Source: Verrucomicrobiota bacterium
Lineage (GTDB): Bacteria > Verrucomicrobiota > Verrucomicrobiia > Verrucomicrobiales > DEV007
Assembly (NCBI GenBank): GCA_045046875.1
Contig: JASFYY010000002.1
Span: 40,189 to 104,188, forward strand
Reading direction: 5' to 3'
Length of the DNA: 64,000 bases
A program made the translations under genes and the position numbers. The notes beneath the pieces were generated by a model, which saw only the letters and a list, made by a program, of their open reading frames with translations, did not search any database and was not told where the DNA came from. Below, one piece after another: positions 1 through 11,048 of this stretch. Position 1 is the first letter of the stretch, and every line of letters starts with the position of its first letter.

Positions 1-93
1 CAAACGCGTCGGTTCGGAAAAAACCCGGAACAACTCGGCAATTTTCTGCAACGAAGCACGGTCAAGTTTCTGGGGGCTGGTGGTATTAGGCAT
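1..93 (-). CDS. ArsR/SmtB family transcriptional regulator, N-terminal part (runs off the window start)
   Basis: Manual translation from the ATG at 93: MPNTTSPQKLDRASLQKIAELFRVFSEPTRL, matching the ArsR helix-1 pattern (AxLFxxLSEPTRL). Divergent from the efflux operon; not in the ORF track. Confidence 0.8.
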   Translation of the reverse strand, partial: MPNTTSPQKLDRASLQKIAELFRVFSEPTRL

Positions 94-241
94 ATCGTTG
101 TATAAGGATGAAGAACATCCTAGCCCTTGAGAGTTATTTGCACAAGTTTGTAATCCGGAATTATTCATATCGATTATGAGTCACGCTAATTTAGCTGGTG
201 AAGTTGTTATTTGACTAGCTATATTACTACACTACACTATT

Positions 242-1639
242 GTGATACACATACCAGAGTTTTTATATTATACCCAAGTGAAATTAATTCAAGTTGGGTC
301 CATTTTTCCCATGTTTATGCGCCTGATTGCAGTTTTATCCCTTTTTGCTCTAGTCCAGAGCGCACTAGCCGGCGATGCCAATAATTCTTCGTGGACGCTT
401 GATCGCGCCCTGTTACAGCTTCGCAAAAGCAATCCTGATGCTCGCTCAGCTGCCATCCGGATCGAAAAAGCACGCGCGCAACTGGATCAGGCCAGAGCCC
501 AACTTTGGCCCAAGGTTCTTGCTGAAACGGGATACAGCGCAACGGACAATCCGGTTAATGCTTTCATGATGCAGCTCAACCAGCGGCAATTTGGCTTCGG
601 CTCCGACTTTAATGATCCTGATACCACTGATAACTGGGTCAGCGAATTGCGTGTTGAATACCCTTTTTACACTGGCGGGGCTCGCCGCGCGGCTATCAAT
701 GGCGCTCGTTTAGGTCTCGAGGCAAGCGAACACGAGCAAAAAGCGACCTTGTCCCAGCTGGAGTTGGAAGTAGCCCGGGCCTGGTTCCAGATCTACCAAA
801 GCAGTGAAATCGTCAAAGCAGCTCAAGCTTTGCTAAAAAACCAACAGTCCAACTTGCAATTAGCCCGCAACCGGGTTGATGCCGCCACTGCCTTGCAAAC
901 CGCCGTGTTGGATATAGAAACCAAAGTCGCCGAAGCGGAAGCCAATCTTGCTTATGCAGATAATTCCAAACAAATTGCCACCGCTTTTTTGCAGTCACTG
1001 TTGGGAATCGAAGGCAACCTTCCTTTTGTGGTAGCCGGTGGTCTGACAAAAATTGCCGCAGCAGGTGACGCTCAAATGGAGCGCCCAGAACTGAGCGCTT
1101 TGAAAAAAAGAGCCCAGCAGGCACAAACAGGTGTGACCCGCGCCAAAGCCGAACGCCTTCCCACCGTGGCCGGTTTTGCATCCGGACGTCACGATGAAGG
1201 TTTTATCGACCGGGGTGCTGGAGACAGTTGGATGGTCGGCGTGATGGTTCGTTTGAAGATATGGAGCGGGGGGGAAACCAAAGCAAAAATCGAAAGCGCT
1301 CAGAAAGACGCTGATCTGCTCAACCAAGCACAACGCAAACAAATGCTGGCGATCTCACTGCAGGTGAAAACCGCTCAACTCAATTTAATCACCGCCCGCA
1401 AGCGCATCACTCTGGCTAACAAAGGGATTCATAGTGCTGGGGAAAGTTTGCAACTCACCCGTCGCCGTTTCAAAGAAGGTTTGGCCCTCAGCACTCAACT
1501 GATCGACGGCGAAACGGCTCTGACTAATGCGCGGGTAGGACTGGCCAAAGCCCAGGCCGAAGAGCAGCTCGCTCAGGCCGCACTGCGCAGCGCCTTGGGT
1601 TTGCCGATCCGTGAACTCAGTGAAGAAACATCGAAATGA
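242..1639 (+). CDS. TolC family outer membrane efflux protein (true start probably the ATG at 311 or 317)
   Basis: Signal peptide MFMRLIAVLSLFALVQSALA, two OEP-like helical repeats (A..A..LP.V motifs), first gene of an RND operon. Confidence 0.9.
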   Translation: MIHIPEFLYYTQVKLIQVGSIFPMFMRLIAVLSLFALVQSALAGDANNSSWTLDRALLQLRKSNPDARSAAIRIEKARAQLDQARAQLWPKVLAETGYSATDNPVNAFMMQLNQRQFGFGSDFNDPDTTDNWVSELRVEYPFYTGGARRAAINGARLGLEASEHEQKATLSQLELEVARAWFQIYQSSEIVKAAQALLKNQQSNLQLARNRVDAATALQTAVLDIETKVAEAEANLAYADNSKQIATAFLQSLLGIEGNLPFVVAGGLTKIAAAGDAQMERPELSALKKRAQQAQTGVTRAKAERLPTVAGFASGRHDEGFIDRGAGDSWMVGVMVRLKIWSGGETKAKIESAQKDADLLNQAQRKQMLAISLQVKTAQLNLITARKRITLANKGIHSAGESLQLTRRRFKEGLALSTQLIDGETALTNARVGLAKAQAEEQLAQAALRSALGLPIRELSEETSK

Positions 1640-2745
1640 CAAATTCTGCTTGGAAACTTAATATCACCCACCCTGCGTTTTGGCTTATCACTGTAAGCTG
1701 GCTTGCTGTATCGTGTAAACCTTCACATCCGGAAAGTTCCTCTGTACCATCAAGCGGACCCAGCATTGCCGTCAAAACCGCGGTTTTAAAAAGTCAGCAG
1801 GTGCCCGTTTTTGAAGAAGTGGTGGGAACCGTACGCCCTCACATGGAGGCACAGGTTTCGGCTAAAGTAACCGGAGCTATTCTACACATTTCTGCAGTGC
1901 CTGGCATGAAGGTGAAAAAAGGCGAAGTGATGGCAGAAATCGCTGTAGAGGAAATGAAGGCGGCTTTGGAACGCGCTCAGGCGGCAAAAGAAAATGCCAA
2001 TAGCGACCTGCAACGCTACCGCAAATTATTGTCCTCGGGAGCAGCCACCCAGGCAGAATTTGATGCGGTGCAATCCCGTCAACTGATGGCAAACGCCACG
2101 GTGAAAGAAACTGAAGTTTTGATCTCCAACGCCAGCGTCCAAGCCCCCTTTGATGGCACCATCACACGCAAGTTTATGGATACGGGAGATCTGGCCACCC
2201 CAGGCCGGCCTTTGTTCAGTATAGAGGATTCGTCCTTGCTGCGTTTGGAGATCCATGTCGCACAGTCGTTAGCCAACCAGGTAGTGCTGGATCAAAAATT
2301 TCGCGTGGTGGTTTCAGGAGCAAGTACTGCCGAGCTTATGGGCAACGTTGCCGAGATCGCTCCGGCGGGGGACACTGGCAGTCGTACCTTTTTGGTTAAA
2401 CTTGATTTGCAAGCTGATAAAAATCTGCGCGCAGGACAATTTGGTCGCGCTTACATACCCAGAACCCAACGCAAGGCCCTTAAAGTTCCAGCACAAGCCC
2501 TGATCGAACGAGGGCAGATGGATTATGTTTTTGTGGCCTCTGACGGCAAGGCTCGTTTGCGTATTGTGCGCACCAAGGATGAAAATTTCCACGGACTCAC
2601 CCAAACACCGTTCCGTGAAATTCTATCCGGTGTGGAGGTAGGGGAAACCGTCATATTATCACCACCACCGGAACTGCGGGATGGCCAGGACGTCAGCACC
2701 GATAAAGTGGAAGCGGCGGTTGATTCGACTCAGAAAAAATCATGA
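1636..2745 (+). CDS. RND efflux periplasmic adaptor (membrane fusion protein), probable lipoprotein
   Basis: LAVSC lipobox, VSAKVTG and QAPFDG lipoyl-like motifs, [19 protein letters not shown] overlaps with both neighbours. Confidence 0.92.
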   Translation: MTNSAWKLNITHPAFWLITVSWLAVSCKPSHPESSSVPSSGPSIAVKTAVLKSQQVPVFEEVVGTVRPHMEAQVSAKVTGAILHISAVPGMKVKKGEVMAEIAVEEMKAALERAQAAKENANSDLQRYRKLLSSGAATQAEFDAVQSRQLMANATVKETEVLISNASVQAPFDGTITRKFMDTGDLATPGRPLFSIEDSSLLRLEIHVAQSLANQVVLDQKFRVVVSGASTAELMGNVAEIAPAGDTGSRTFLVKLDLQADKNLRAGQFGRAYIPRTQRKALKVPAQALIERGQMDYVFVASDGKARLRIVRTKDENFHGLTQTPFREILSGVEVGETVILSPPPELRDGQDVSTDKVEAAVDSTQKKS

Positions 2746-5700
2746 GTGAACCCCATTCACCAGAAGTGCACGGCATGGCCGGACGCATGGCCAGCAGCTT
2801 TATCAATTCAAAGCTGACTCCGCTTTTGATTCTAAGCTCCATTCTATTGGGAATCTTTGCGATCATCAATCTTCCACGTGAAGAAGAACCGCAAATCAAG
2901 GTGCCGATGATTGATGTGATGGTGGCAATGCCGGGAGCCTCCGCCAAGGAAATCGAAGAACGGGTGACAACCCCGATGGAAAAATTATTGTGGGAAATCC
3001 CCGGTGTTGAATACATTTACAGCATATCAGCAGCCGGACAAAGCCTGGTCATTGTCCGTTTTGAAGTCGGTGAAGACGAACAACAGGCTTTAGTGAGTCT
3101 CAATCAACAACTGCAATCCAATTACGACAAAATTCCCCATGGCGTCTCCTACCCTTTGATCAAATCAAAGTCGATCGATGATGTCCCTATTCTAGCTCTT
3201 ACTTTGCACAGCCAACGTTATGATGCCCTCACATTAAGACGGGTGGCCGCTGAGTTGGAGGATGCGATCAAGACTATTCCCGACGTCGCCGAAACCAGTC
3301 TGATCGGAGGCCAGCAACGCGTGATCCGGGCACTGATCGACCCAGCTAAACTCGCCGCTCGCAATCTCAGCCTCGCAGGCATCGTTCCGGTTTTGCAACA
3401 AGCCAATCGCCAATACCGGGCAGGTGATGTGACTGCTTATAATGAAGAGATTTTAATAGAAAGCGGAGCGTTTCTGCATTCCGCCAAAGAAGCCGGTGAT
3501 GTAGTGCTCGGCGCTTATAATGGCAAACCCATTTACCTGCGCGAAGTCGCGGATATTGTTGATGGTGGGGATGACCCCCAGCACTACGTGCTCTACGGGG
3601 CAGGGGCCGGAGCACGTGGCGACGAAAACAAAACTCCCAACGGCGAAGAACTGGCAGTGACCATTACAGTAGCCAAACGACCTGGTACCAACGCTATTTC
3701 ATTGGCGGAAACCGTACTGGCTAAAGTGGATGCGCTGAAAGGACGGGTGATTCCCGAAGAAATCGGAGTATCGATCACTCGTCACTATGGCGAAACCGCA
3801 GCTGAGAAATCAAACGAACTGCTACTGCACATGGGCATCGCTGTTCTCAGTGTTTCCATCCTGATTCTTTTTATGTTAGGATGGCGGGAATCGTTGGTCG
3901 TTGCAATTGCCATCCCGTCAACCTTATCGCTGACTTTACTGACTTTTTACCTCTACGGATTCACTCTCAACCGAATCACACTTTTTGCGCTCATCTTTTC
4001 CATTGGCATTCTAGTCGATGACGCCATCGTGGTGGTGGAAAATATTGTCCGCCATCTACGATTGCCGGAAAATCGGGGAAAATCGATGGCTCGTGTATCG
4101 GTCGAAGCGGTTAGTGAAGTAGGTAATCCAACTGTGCTCGCCACCTGGGCGGTGATCGCCGCTATTCTGCCGATGGCATTTGTCGGTGGTTTGATGGGCC
4201 CTTATATGCGCCCTATTCCGATCGGCGCTAGCGCAGCGATGATCTTTTCGTTGTTGATTGCCTTCATCGTCACGCCTTGGGCATCCATTCGTTTGCTCAA
4301 AAACCGCAGTGCCGGGGAAGGCCATGATGAGGGTGAGGAAAAAGAGGGTTGGATGACTCGCGCTTACCGACGTTGGATGGGTTTTCTATTGGGCAGTCCG
4401 TCGCATCAATGGGGATTTATTATTGTCGTGGTGATGTTATTACTCGGCAGCATGGCTCTGGTCGGTATCGGTTTTGTGAAAGTCAAAATGCTACCTTTTG
4501 ATAATAAAAGTGAATTCCAAGTGATCCTGGATATGCCCGAAGGCACTGCGCTCGAACAAACCACTCAAGTCGCACGGGAAATGGCGTTGGTCATCGCCGC
4601 AGAACCGGAAGTGGTGAACTATCAAGTTTACGCAGGCACCTCATCGCCCTTTAACTTCAACGGTTTGGTGCGTCATTATTTTATGCGTCATGGAACTAAT
4701 GTCGCCGACCTGCAAGTGAACCTTTTACCCAAAGATGCACGCAAAGCTTCCAGCCACGATATCGCTAAACGGGTTCGCCCCAAGTTAGAAAAAATATCCA
4801 GACGTTATGAAGCCGCCATTGCGGTGGCTGAAGTGCCGCCCGGCCCACCGGTATTACAAACCCTGGTTGCTGAAGTTTACGGCCATGACCGAACACAGCG
4901 CGAAGCTTTGGCTCTTGAAGTAAAAAATATTTTTGAATCCGTGCCTGGGGTGGTTGATGTCGATTGGTATCAGGAACACGATCAAAAAAGACTGCGTTTC
5001 CATATCGATAAGGAAAAAGCGGCTTTAAACGGCATCACGGCTGAAACCATTTCCCAAACCCTGCGGCTGGCGGTTGAAGGAGTCGATGTCGAACTCGTGC
5101 ATTTGCCCCGCGAAAGAGAACCCGTCATGTTACGGGTAAAATTGCCTCGCCAGAACCGTACCAATGCCGAGCAATTGCTCGGACTGCGCGTGCGTTCGGG
5201 AGATGCCAATGCTTTGCCTGAACAAGTCGGCCAGGCTGCCACAATCCCTCCCCTGGTGCCACTCGGGGAATTGGTTACCATAGAAGAAGACATCATCGAC
5301 AAAAGCATTTATCACAAAAACCTGATGCCCGTCACTTATGTGATCGGTGATGTCGCCGGGGAAAAAGAAAGTCCTGTTTATGCGATTTTGGAAATGAATA
5401 AAAAACTCGCTGAACTTGATGCCCGTCAATTTGGTGCCACCGACGCGAAACTCAAAATTTTCAATGCACAAATGCCCTTCCTTGATATGGAACCTTCAAT
5501 GAAATGGGACGGGGAGTGGCATATCACTATCGAAGTCTTCCGCGATCTCGGTACAGCTTTTGCAGTAGTATTGATTTTGATCTATGTGCTGATGGTCGGC
5601 TGGTTCAAGTCATTCGTCACACCGATGATCGTCATGATAGCCATTCCCTTTTCACTGATCGGCATTATGCCAGCCCACGGTATGATGGGAGCTTTTTTCT

Positions 5701-6023
5701 CCGCGACCTCGATGATCGGATTCATGGCTGGAGGAGGTATCGTCATACGTAATTCGATCATACTGGTAGACTTCATCCAACTGCGAGTAGCCCAGGGCAT
5801 GACCTTGCACGATGCCGTCATCGACGCCGGTGCGGTGAGGTTCCGCCCAATGTTATTAACCGCCATGGCTGTGGTGGTGGGCGCATCGGTGATCCTGATG
5901 GATCCCATTTTCCAGGGTCTTGCCATCGCTTTGATGGCTGGTGAAATTGCTTCTTTATTAATCAGCCGTATCGCAGTCCCAGTGCTTTATTACATGGTCA
6001 ATCGACGCTCGCATAAAGCGTAA
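2742..6023 (+). CDS. RND efflux permease (AcrB/AcrD/AcrF family)
   Basis: 1093 aa; [30 protein letters not shown] and KMLPFDNK motifs. Confidence 0.95.
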   Translation: MSEPHSPEVHGMAGRMASSFINSKLTPLLILSSILLGIFAIINLPREEEPQIKVPMIDVMVAMPGASAKEIEERVTTPMEKLLWEIPGVEYIYSISAAGQSLVIVRFEVGEDEQQALVSLNQQLQSNYDKIPHGVSYPLIKSKSIDDVPILALTLHSQRYDALTLRRVAAELEDAIKTIPDVAETSLIGGQQRVIRALIDPAKLAARNLSLAGIVPVLQQANRQYRAGDVTAYNEEILIESGAFLHSAKEAGDVVLGAYNGKPIYLREVADIVDGGDDPQHYVLYGAGAGARGDENKTPNGEELAVTITVAKRPGTNAISLAETVLAKVDALKGRVIPEEIGVSITRHYGETAAEKSNELLLHMGIAVLSVSILILFMLGWRESLVVAIAIPSTLSLTLLTFYLYGFTLNRITLFALIFSIGILVDDAIVVVENIVRHLRLPENRGKSMARVSVEAVSEVGNPTVLATWAVIAAILPMAFVGGLMGPYMRPIPIGASAAMIFSLLIAFIVTPWASIRLLKNRSAGEGHDEGEEKEGWMTRAYRRWMGFLLGSPSHQWGFIIVVVMLLLGSMALVGIGFVKVKMLPFDNKSEFQVILDMPEGTALEQTTQVAREMALVIAAEPEVVNYQVYAGTSSPFNFNGLVRHYFMRHGTNVADLQVNLLPKDARKASSHDIAKRVRPKLEKISRRYEAAIAVAEVPPGPPVLQTLVAEVYGHDRTQREALALEVKNIFESVPGVVDVDWYQEHDQKRLRFHIDKEKAALNGITAETISQTLRLAVEGVDVELVHLPREREPVMLRVKLPRQNRTNAEQLLGLRVRSGDANALPEQVGQAATIPPLVPLGELVTIEEDIIDKSIYHKNLMPVTYVIGDVAGEKESPVYAILEMNKKLAELDARQFGATDAKLKIFNAQMPFLDMEPSMKWDGEWHITIEVFRDLGTAFAVVLILIYVLMVGWFKSFVTPMIVMIAIPFSLIGIMPAHGMMGAFFSATSMIGFMAGGGIVIRNSIILVDFIQLRVAQGMTLHDAVIDAGAVRFRPMLLTAMAVVVGASVILMDPIFQGLAIALMAGEIASLLISRIAVPVLYYMVNRRSHKA

Positions 6024-6042
6024 TGAGTGACTAAAATAGTTC

Positions 6043-7542
6043 TCAGCCCTTTTTCTTTTTCTTTTTGTTGGGAGCCGGGCCTTCACCGCTCGTTCCCCAT
6101 TTTGCTCTGCGATCGGCTTCGTGGCGTTTACGCTCTTTATCGTAATAAACACCCGGCTTCACTGGTGTGTGTTCCTGTTTCGCAAAAGCCTGCATTTCTT
6201 TCAATAAATCTGGGTATTGATCAGCAACGCTGACGGTCTCGCTGATATCCTTGTCGAGGTTGTAAAGTTCCCAGGGAGCATTGCTTTTTGGTTGGATCGC
6301 TTTCCACTTGTTTTTTCGTACCGCGATCTGGTTACGGTACTCCCAGTAGAGCATATCGTGTTGCTGCTGTTTTTTGCCTGAAGCATGTGCACCAATAAGA
6401 GTAGGAAGAATCGACAATCCATCGAGATCAACGGGTGATTCTGCTCCTGCGATGTCAGTCAATGTTGGAAAAACATCAATCTGATTAAAAAGCAAATCAC
6501 TGACTTGTCCTCCTTTGATCTTGCCTGGCCATTGCACCAGAAAAGGAATGCGCAAGCCGCCTTCGTAGAGCTTACCTTTGCTGCCACGAAACTCGACACC
6601 GGTTTTGGGATTCACATTCGGTCCAAAAAAACCGCGAGGTCGTTCTTTACTATTAAAATAATCCTGCCCGCCATTATCACCAGTGAAAAACACAATGGTA
6701 TTATCATCGAGTTTAAGCTCAGCTAGCAGGTCGAACACCTGGCCGAGATTGTCATCCACCATACTGACCATGGCAGCATAGTTTTTGATATCCTGATCGA
6801 TCTTGGGATCTTTGATCCATTCTGTGTTTTTGTAATGTCTCCAGGCCGGATTGTCCTTCGGAATATCCCACATGCCATGCGGCGGTGTGATCGGCAGGTA
6901 ACAAAAAAAGGGCTGATCTTTGTTTTCACGGATGAACTCTAGGCTTTCCCTGATGATCTCAGTGTGGGAATAAGTCTGCCCATGACGCCCACCTTTATTG
7001 CCCTGCAGCGGAACTTCCTCACTGTTGCGGATCAGGTAGGGAGGATAATAGGAGTGCGCATGCACTTGATCGTAGTAGCCGAAAAACACATCAAAGCCAT
7101 GTTTTTCCGGCACACCACTGGAATCACGTCCGCCAGCACCCCATTTACCGAATCCACCAGTGGCGTATCCTTTACTTTTCAAGGCAGAGGCGATGGTAGC
7201 TTCGCCAGCGCGTAGTGGAGTGCCACCATCATTGGCCCGTACCGAAGCGTGGCCGGAATGTTTGCCAGTCATCATTTGTCCGCGCAAAGGAGCACATACT
7301 GGCGATGCTGCGAGCGCTTGGGTGAAACGAATGCCATCCTTCGCCATTTGGTCGATGCGCGGCGTTTTGATATAAGGGTTTCCCATATGGGATAGCTCAT
7401 AATAGGCGAGTTCGTCCGCCATGATGTAAACAATATTGGGTGGGCGATCCGCGCCGAATGCAAAACTTGCCAAGTTACAAAGAATTGTGAGCAACACAAA
7501 AAAGTGGCGCAGGCATGAGCGTAATAGATTTGCAGTCATCAT
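6043..7542 (-). CDS. Sulfatase (S1 / arylsulfatase family), secreted
   Basis: RPPNIVYIMAD, SPVCAPLR (CxPxR), GKWG, DNGG, KGKLYEGGLRIP, WELYNL. Confidence 0.93.
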   Translation of the reverse strand: MMTANLLRSCLRHFFVLLTILCNLASFAFGADRPPNIVYIMADELAYYELSHMGNPYIKTPRIDQMAKDGIRFTQALAASPVCAPLRGQMMTGKHSGHASVRANDGGTPLRAGEATIASALKSKGYATGGFGKWGAGGRDSSGVPEKHGFDVFFGYYDQVHAHSYYPPYLIRNSEEVPLQGNKGGRHGQTYSHTEIIRESLEFIRENKDQPFFCYLPITPPHGMWDIPKDNPAWRHYKNTEWIKDPKIDQDIKNYAAMVSMVDDNLGQVFDLLAELKLDDNTIVFFTGDNGGQDYFNSKERPRGFFGPNVNPKTGVEFRGSKGKLYEGGLRIPFLVQWPGKIKGGQVSDLLFNQIDVFPTLTDIAGAESPVDLDGLSILPTLIGAHASGKKQQQHDMLYWEYRNQIAVRKNKWKAIQPKSNAPWELYNLDKDISETVSVADQYPDLLKEMQAFAKQEHTPVKPGVYYDKERKRHEADRRAKWGTSGEGPAPNKKKKKKG

Positions 7543-7632
7543 CTGTAAAATGTGATCTGCCGCACGCTTAGTGTAAAGTCCGCGATTACGTCCCTTTTTG
7601 AAAATTTGGTTAATTACTTTGTGCCTAGCTGC

Positions 7633-8649
7633 TCACTGGCTAATCAGTTTTTCAATCCGGCGAACCACTTCCTGCGCTAGTTTTCTCTCACCCCGATGAA
7701 AACGCAGCACCAGCTTACGATTATCCAATAAACTGTATAATACCACGTCTTCACTGAAAAAGTGTGTTTCGTGCACCACTTGCAAACCCTGCAAAGAAAG
7801 ATCCTGAGCTATAATTCCTCCACGCCGATTAATCAAAAACTGCAGTTGATCTGTTGATGAAGAGTCAACAAGCACTTTCACTCTGAAATTTGGACGTAAG
7901 CCGGTTATTTTTTTTACCCTACCAGTGAAACACGGCAAGGCCCAAAGAATCTGCGGCCTCGCACCATCCAAAACCTTAGTCAAAACCACATCTTCATCAG
8001 CAGTCAGTTTACCGTTTTCTTTAAAACTAAGATCTACATCTGTTGCTGGAGAAGTGAGTTTGAAATACAGCAGTGAGAAAAATGCTCTGACCCGGCGCAG
8101 CAAACGAGGAGCAAAAAATATCACCACTATCAGAAAAACAAGTGCAATAACACCTACCAGTTTTGGTGAAATTGTCATCAAAGACAAAGCTCCGATTACC
8201 ACCACATCCTCAGCCACACTCACCACCACATTGGATACCGGTTCCGGCGAAGCATTTACAGCAAGCCTTGTGCTGGCCTTAAATCCATGGGATACCAAGG
8301 TGGCGCTGCCAGCCAACAAAGCGATGATCACATCAAAAACCGGATCTGACGTGCCCAGAGTCTGGATCGCCAGAAAAGCTCCACCCACCGGCCTGATCAG
8401 AGTGTGTATCGTGTCCCACAATGAATCGACCCAGGGGATTTTATCCGAGAAAAATTCCAATAGAAAAAATATGCCTGCTGCGACCAGAATTGCAGGGTTA
8501 GCAAGTATATTCAAATCCTGATGTTCCACCGATAGCACCACCCAGTGAAAACGAATCGCCAAACCCGTAACCAAAACTGTCAAATATAGATTCAGGCCGG
8601 CCAGTGTGGCTAAGCCCAAAGCGATACTGAGTTGATCTATGATATCCAT
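7633..8649 (-). CDS. DUF4126-family membrane protein with C-terminal soluble domain
   Basis: AGLNLYLT, EFFSDKIPWVDSLWD, SPEPVSN..VS.AED motifs. Confidence 0.8.
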   Translation of the reverse strand: MDIIDQLSIALGLATLAGLNLYLTVLVTGLAIRFHWVVLSVEHQDLNILANPAILVAAGIFFLLEFFSDKIPWVDSLWDTIHTLIRPVGGAFLAIQTLGTSDPVFDVIIALLAGSATLVSHGFKASTRLAVNASPEPVSNVVVSVAEDVVVIGALSLMTISPKLVGVIALVFLIVVIFFAPRLLRRVRAFFSLLYFKLTSPATDVDLSFKENGKLTADEDVVLTKVLDGARPQILWALPCFTGRVKKITGLRPNFRVKVLVDSSSTDQLQFLINRRGGIIAQDLSLQGLQVVHETHFFSEDVVLYSLLDNRKLVLRFHRGERKLAQEVVRRIEKLISQ

Positions 8650-8757
8650 GATTTTTTATCCTTAGAGGGCAAACTACACGGAAGCCTGTTTTCAAGCCAT
8701 TACAAAAGAACTATATTTTTATAAAGCCTTAGGAAAATCGAAGCCTTCTGTTAATAA

Positions 8758-9936
8758 TCAGCGCGTCCACGAAGGATCATATACAGGTGTGCCATCACTC
8801 AAAATTTGCCCCTTTGCCCCGGTATTCGCATCTATACGATATAATGCGCCGCGATCTGTATAAATTAAATGGCGGGAATCTGCTCCCCAGACCGGCGATT
8901 GACCACGGGTGAGCACCCGGGTTGAACGATCACCTAAATCGTGAATGGTGATGCTTGCGTTTTTTGAGCCTCCGCTCACAAACGCGATTCTTTTTCCATC
9001 CGGTGACCAGCAAGCTTGAGCCGGTGTGGCTAGCTTAATAGCCAACGCGGTAGGGTGTTTACCGTCTTTACTACTGATCACAAATAATTGGGTTTTTCCC
9101 GCATCGACCACAGCAGTGTAAACCAGTGATTTACCATCCCCTGACCATGATGGTTGAATTTCTGCAATTGGGCTACTTGTTAATCGTCGCCGTGATTTTC
9201 CTGTATTTCGACTGATGTAAAGATCACTATTACCTTGTTCGGAAAGAACCAATACCAATTGTTTGCCATCAGGAGAAACCACGGCTTTTTCACTCGCATT
9301 CCCATAGGTCAGGGCAATGCGACTTCGTTGATCATTACTGAGATCTATTCTATAAATTCCCGCGGATGAAGGCTCCATCCCGGTAAAATATACAAATCTA
9401 CCATTAGGACTAAGACAAGGGTGACGTTTGGGTAATCCGTCTGTAGTGATTTGGCGAATATTTTTGCCATCATAATCACACACATAAATATCCGCTTTGC
9501 CATTACGAGCACTTATAAAAGCTATCTGGCTGGTGGCGATACCCGGATGTCCCGTTGCGGCGTGAACCACATCATCGGACAATTGTCTCAAGTCTGTTTT
9601 TAACACCCCATTATTGTAAACTCGCTTGAAAAGCTGATGACCATCCGGATGTAGCAACTCACCCTCAAGTCCCTTTTTTACAAAACGAGCTTTAAGCACA
9701 AAAGCCCCGGGTTGTGCTTGTGCTAAATAAAAAAACGCACTTCTTTTAATCTCGTAACTTAAAATCTGATTGGCACTAGCCGCCTGCCCTCCTTGAATTG
9801 GGATCATTGCCAAAGGCAACTCTTTAGCCAAAGCCGAGGAAGACCAATGAAAACAAATTAAGCACGCGTAAAATATTAAGCTTGTTTTCAGTATTTTTTG
9901 CACCCACACCAATACACAAAACTTTAAAAAATTCAA
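8758..9936 (-). CDS. TolB-like beta-propeller (PD40 repeat) periplasmic protein; start uncertain
   Basis: IAFIS, DIYVCDYDG, repeated SPNG/SPDG/WSGDG/WSPDG motifs, C-terminal PSW. Confidence 0.85.
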   Translation of the reverse strand: MNFLKFCVLVWVQKILKTSLIFYACLICFHWSSSALAKELPLAMIPIQGGQAASANQILSYEIKRSAFFYLAQAQPGAFVLKARFVKKGLEGELLHPDGHQLFKRVYNNGVLKTDLRQLSDDVVHAATGHPGIATSQIAFISARNGKADIYVCDYDGKNIRQITTDGLPKRHPCLSPNGRFVYFTGMEPSSAGIYRIDLSNDQRSRIALTYGNASEKAVVSPDGKQLVLVLSEQGNSDLYISRNTGKSRRRLTSSPIAEIQPSWSGDGKSLVYTAVVDAGKTQLFVISSKDGKHPTALAIKLATPAQACWSPDGKRIAFVSGGSKNASITIHDLGDRSTRVLTRGQSPVWGADSRHLIYTDRGALYRIDANTGAKGQILSDGTPVYDPSWTR

Positions 9937-10101
9937 GCGCTGAGGCTTAGGTGGTAATCGGAATACTCATTTTGGCTCAAACTTGTAGAGAATTCTGCTG
10001 ATCAGGAGATTATCCATTTTTTTGAGTTTATGTTCCCCCCCTTGTTTCATCTCAACAGCACGTTTTCTACGCTGCTTTTAGTTACTTACAACTCCCTGGA
10101 A

Positions 10102-11004
10102 TCAACGCCACCACCACTCCAACATGCCACGATGGAGGTGATAAACAGGTTTTAGATTTTTTTGCTTATTTAATCTTTCCACTGCCTGCCGACTGCGATA
10201 ACCACCCGCACAATAAATCAGTATAGACGATTTGCCTTTTAAAGCTTGTTCAACTTTTTTATCAAATTCCTCGTCGCTGATCGATATATTCATCGCCCCC
10301 GGTAACCGCTGACCCGAATATTCCCACGGACTGCGTACATCCAATATCAATAGATCTGTGTTTGACTGAATCAATTCGGCTGCTTGCACTGCCCGGATAT
10401 TTATATTTTTTTTAGCTTTAAAAATCCTTTGATCCCAGGAATTTTCAAACACTTGCCAATACAAATAAGCTATTAGAATAATATAACTAAAATACTGTAA
10501 CAGACCTATCCAACGTAATCCAATCGACCCACTTTTAACAGGTCCAAAAGGTACCCATCTAGGCGTATGTATTTTGTAATTTTTATATTCTTTGTAGCGC
10601 TCACTCAAACACTTCTCTTCCAATGAACTCTTTAACCACAAAACAACCACCAAAACTAACCACAATGTAAGTGCAATCCAAGTAGCAGCAGTCCAAGCCA
10701 CCATCAAGGTTCCTAATAATACCGCACCATACATCGGATGACGTACCCAGTGATAGGCTCGCTGTTGACACAAAACCCCTTCTTTCGCAGGAGTAGGATG
10801 AATTTTCAAGGTTTTACGCGGCATCGACCAAATCGCCCACAGCAGCCATAAACCGGAGATCATCAAACCTGTGATCGACCAGGAAGAATGTAAAACCGAT
10901 CCAGAATAAATCAACAATATGGCAATCAATGCCAATTGTGCACCAACCAGTAAAAAACCTAACATATTTATTGAATCCCTTAAAGAGTTCAAATGTGCGA
11001 TCAA
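10102..11004 (-). CDS. Fusion of an ICMT/PEMT-family membrane methyltransferase and a C-terminal rhodanese domain (start perhaps 10965)
   Basis: YHWVRHPMY and EE..L...Y..Y..Y....PRW (ICMT-like); LILDVRSPWEY..RLPGAMNI and IYCAGGYRS (rhodanese with catalytic Cys). Confidence 0.82.
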   Translation of the reverse strand: MIAHLNSLRDSINMLGFLLVGAQLALIAILLIYSGSVLHSSWSITGLMISGLWLLWAIWSMPRKTLKIHPTPAKEGVLCQQRAYHWVRHPMYGAVLLGTLMVAWTAATWIALTLWLVLVVVLWLKSSLEEKCLSERYKEYKNYKIHTPRWVPFGPVKSGSIGLRWIGLLQYFSYIILIAYLYWQVFENSWDQRIFKAKKNINIRAVQAAELIQSNTDLLILDVRSPWEYSGQRLPGAMNISISDEEFDKKVEQALKGKSSILIYCAGGYRSRQAVERLNKQKNLKPVYHLHRGMLEWWWR

Positions 11005-11048
11005 TTAGAAAATGATCGCACTTCCACATCTCCATCGTAACGAATATT

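Noticed and set aside
226..241. ACTAC-ACTAC-ACTAT short repeat, resembling DnaA-trio or operator repeats
   Set aside because: Too short, no DnaA boxes beside it, and the skew switch is 12 kb away.
2870..2885. parS-like TCTTCCACGTGAAGAA in the RND gene
   Set aside because: Three mismatches in the arms and explained by the conserved LPREEEP codons.
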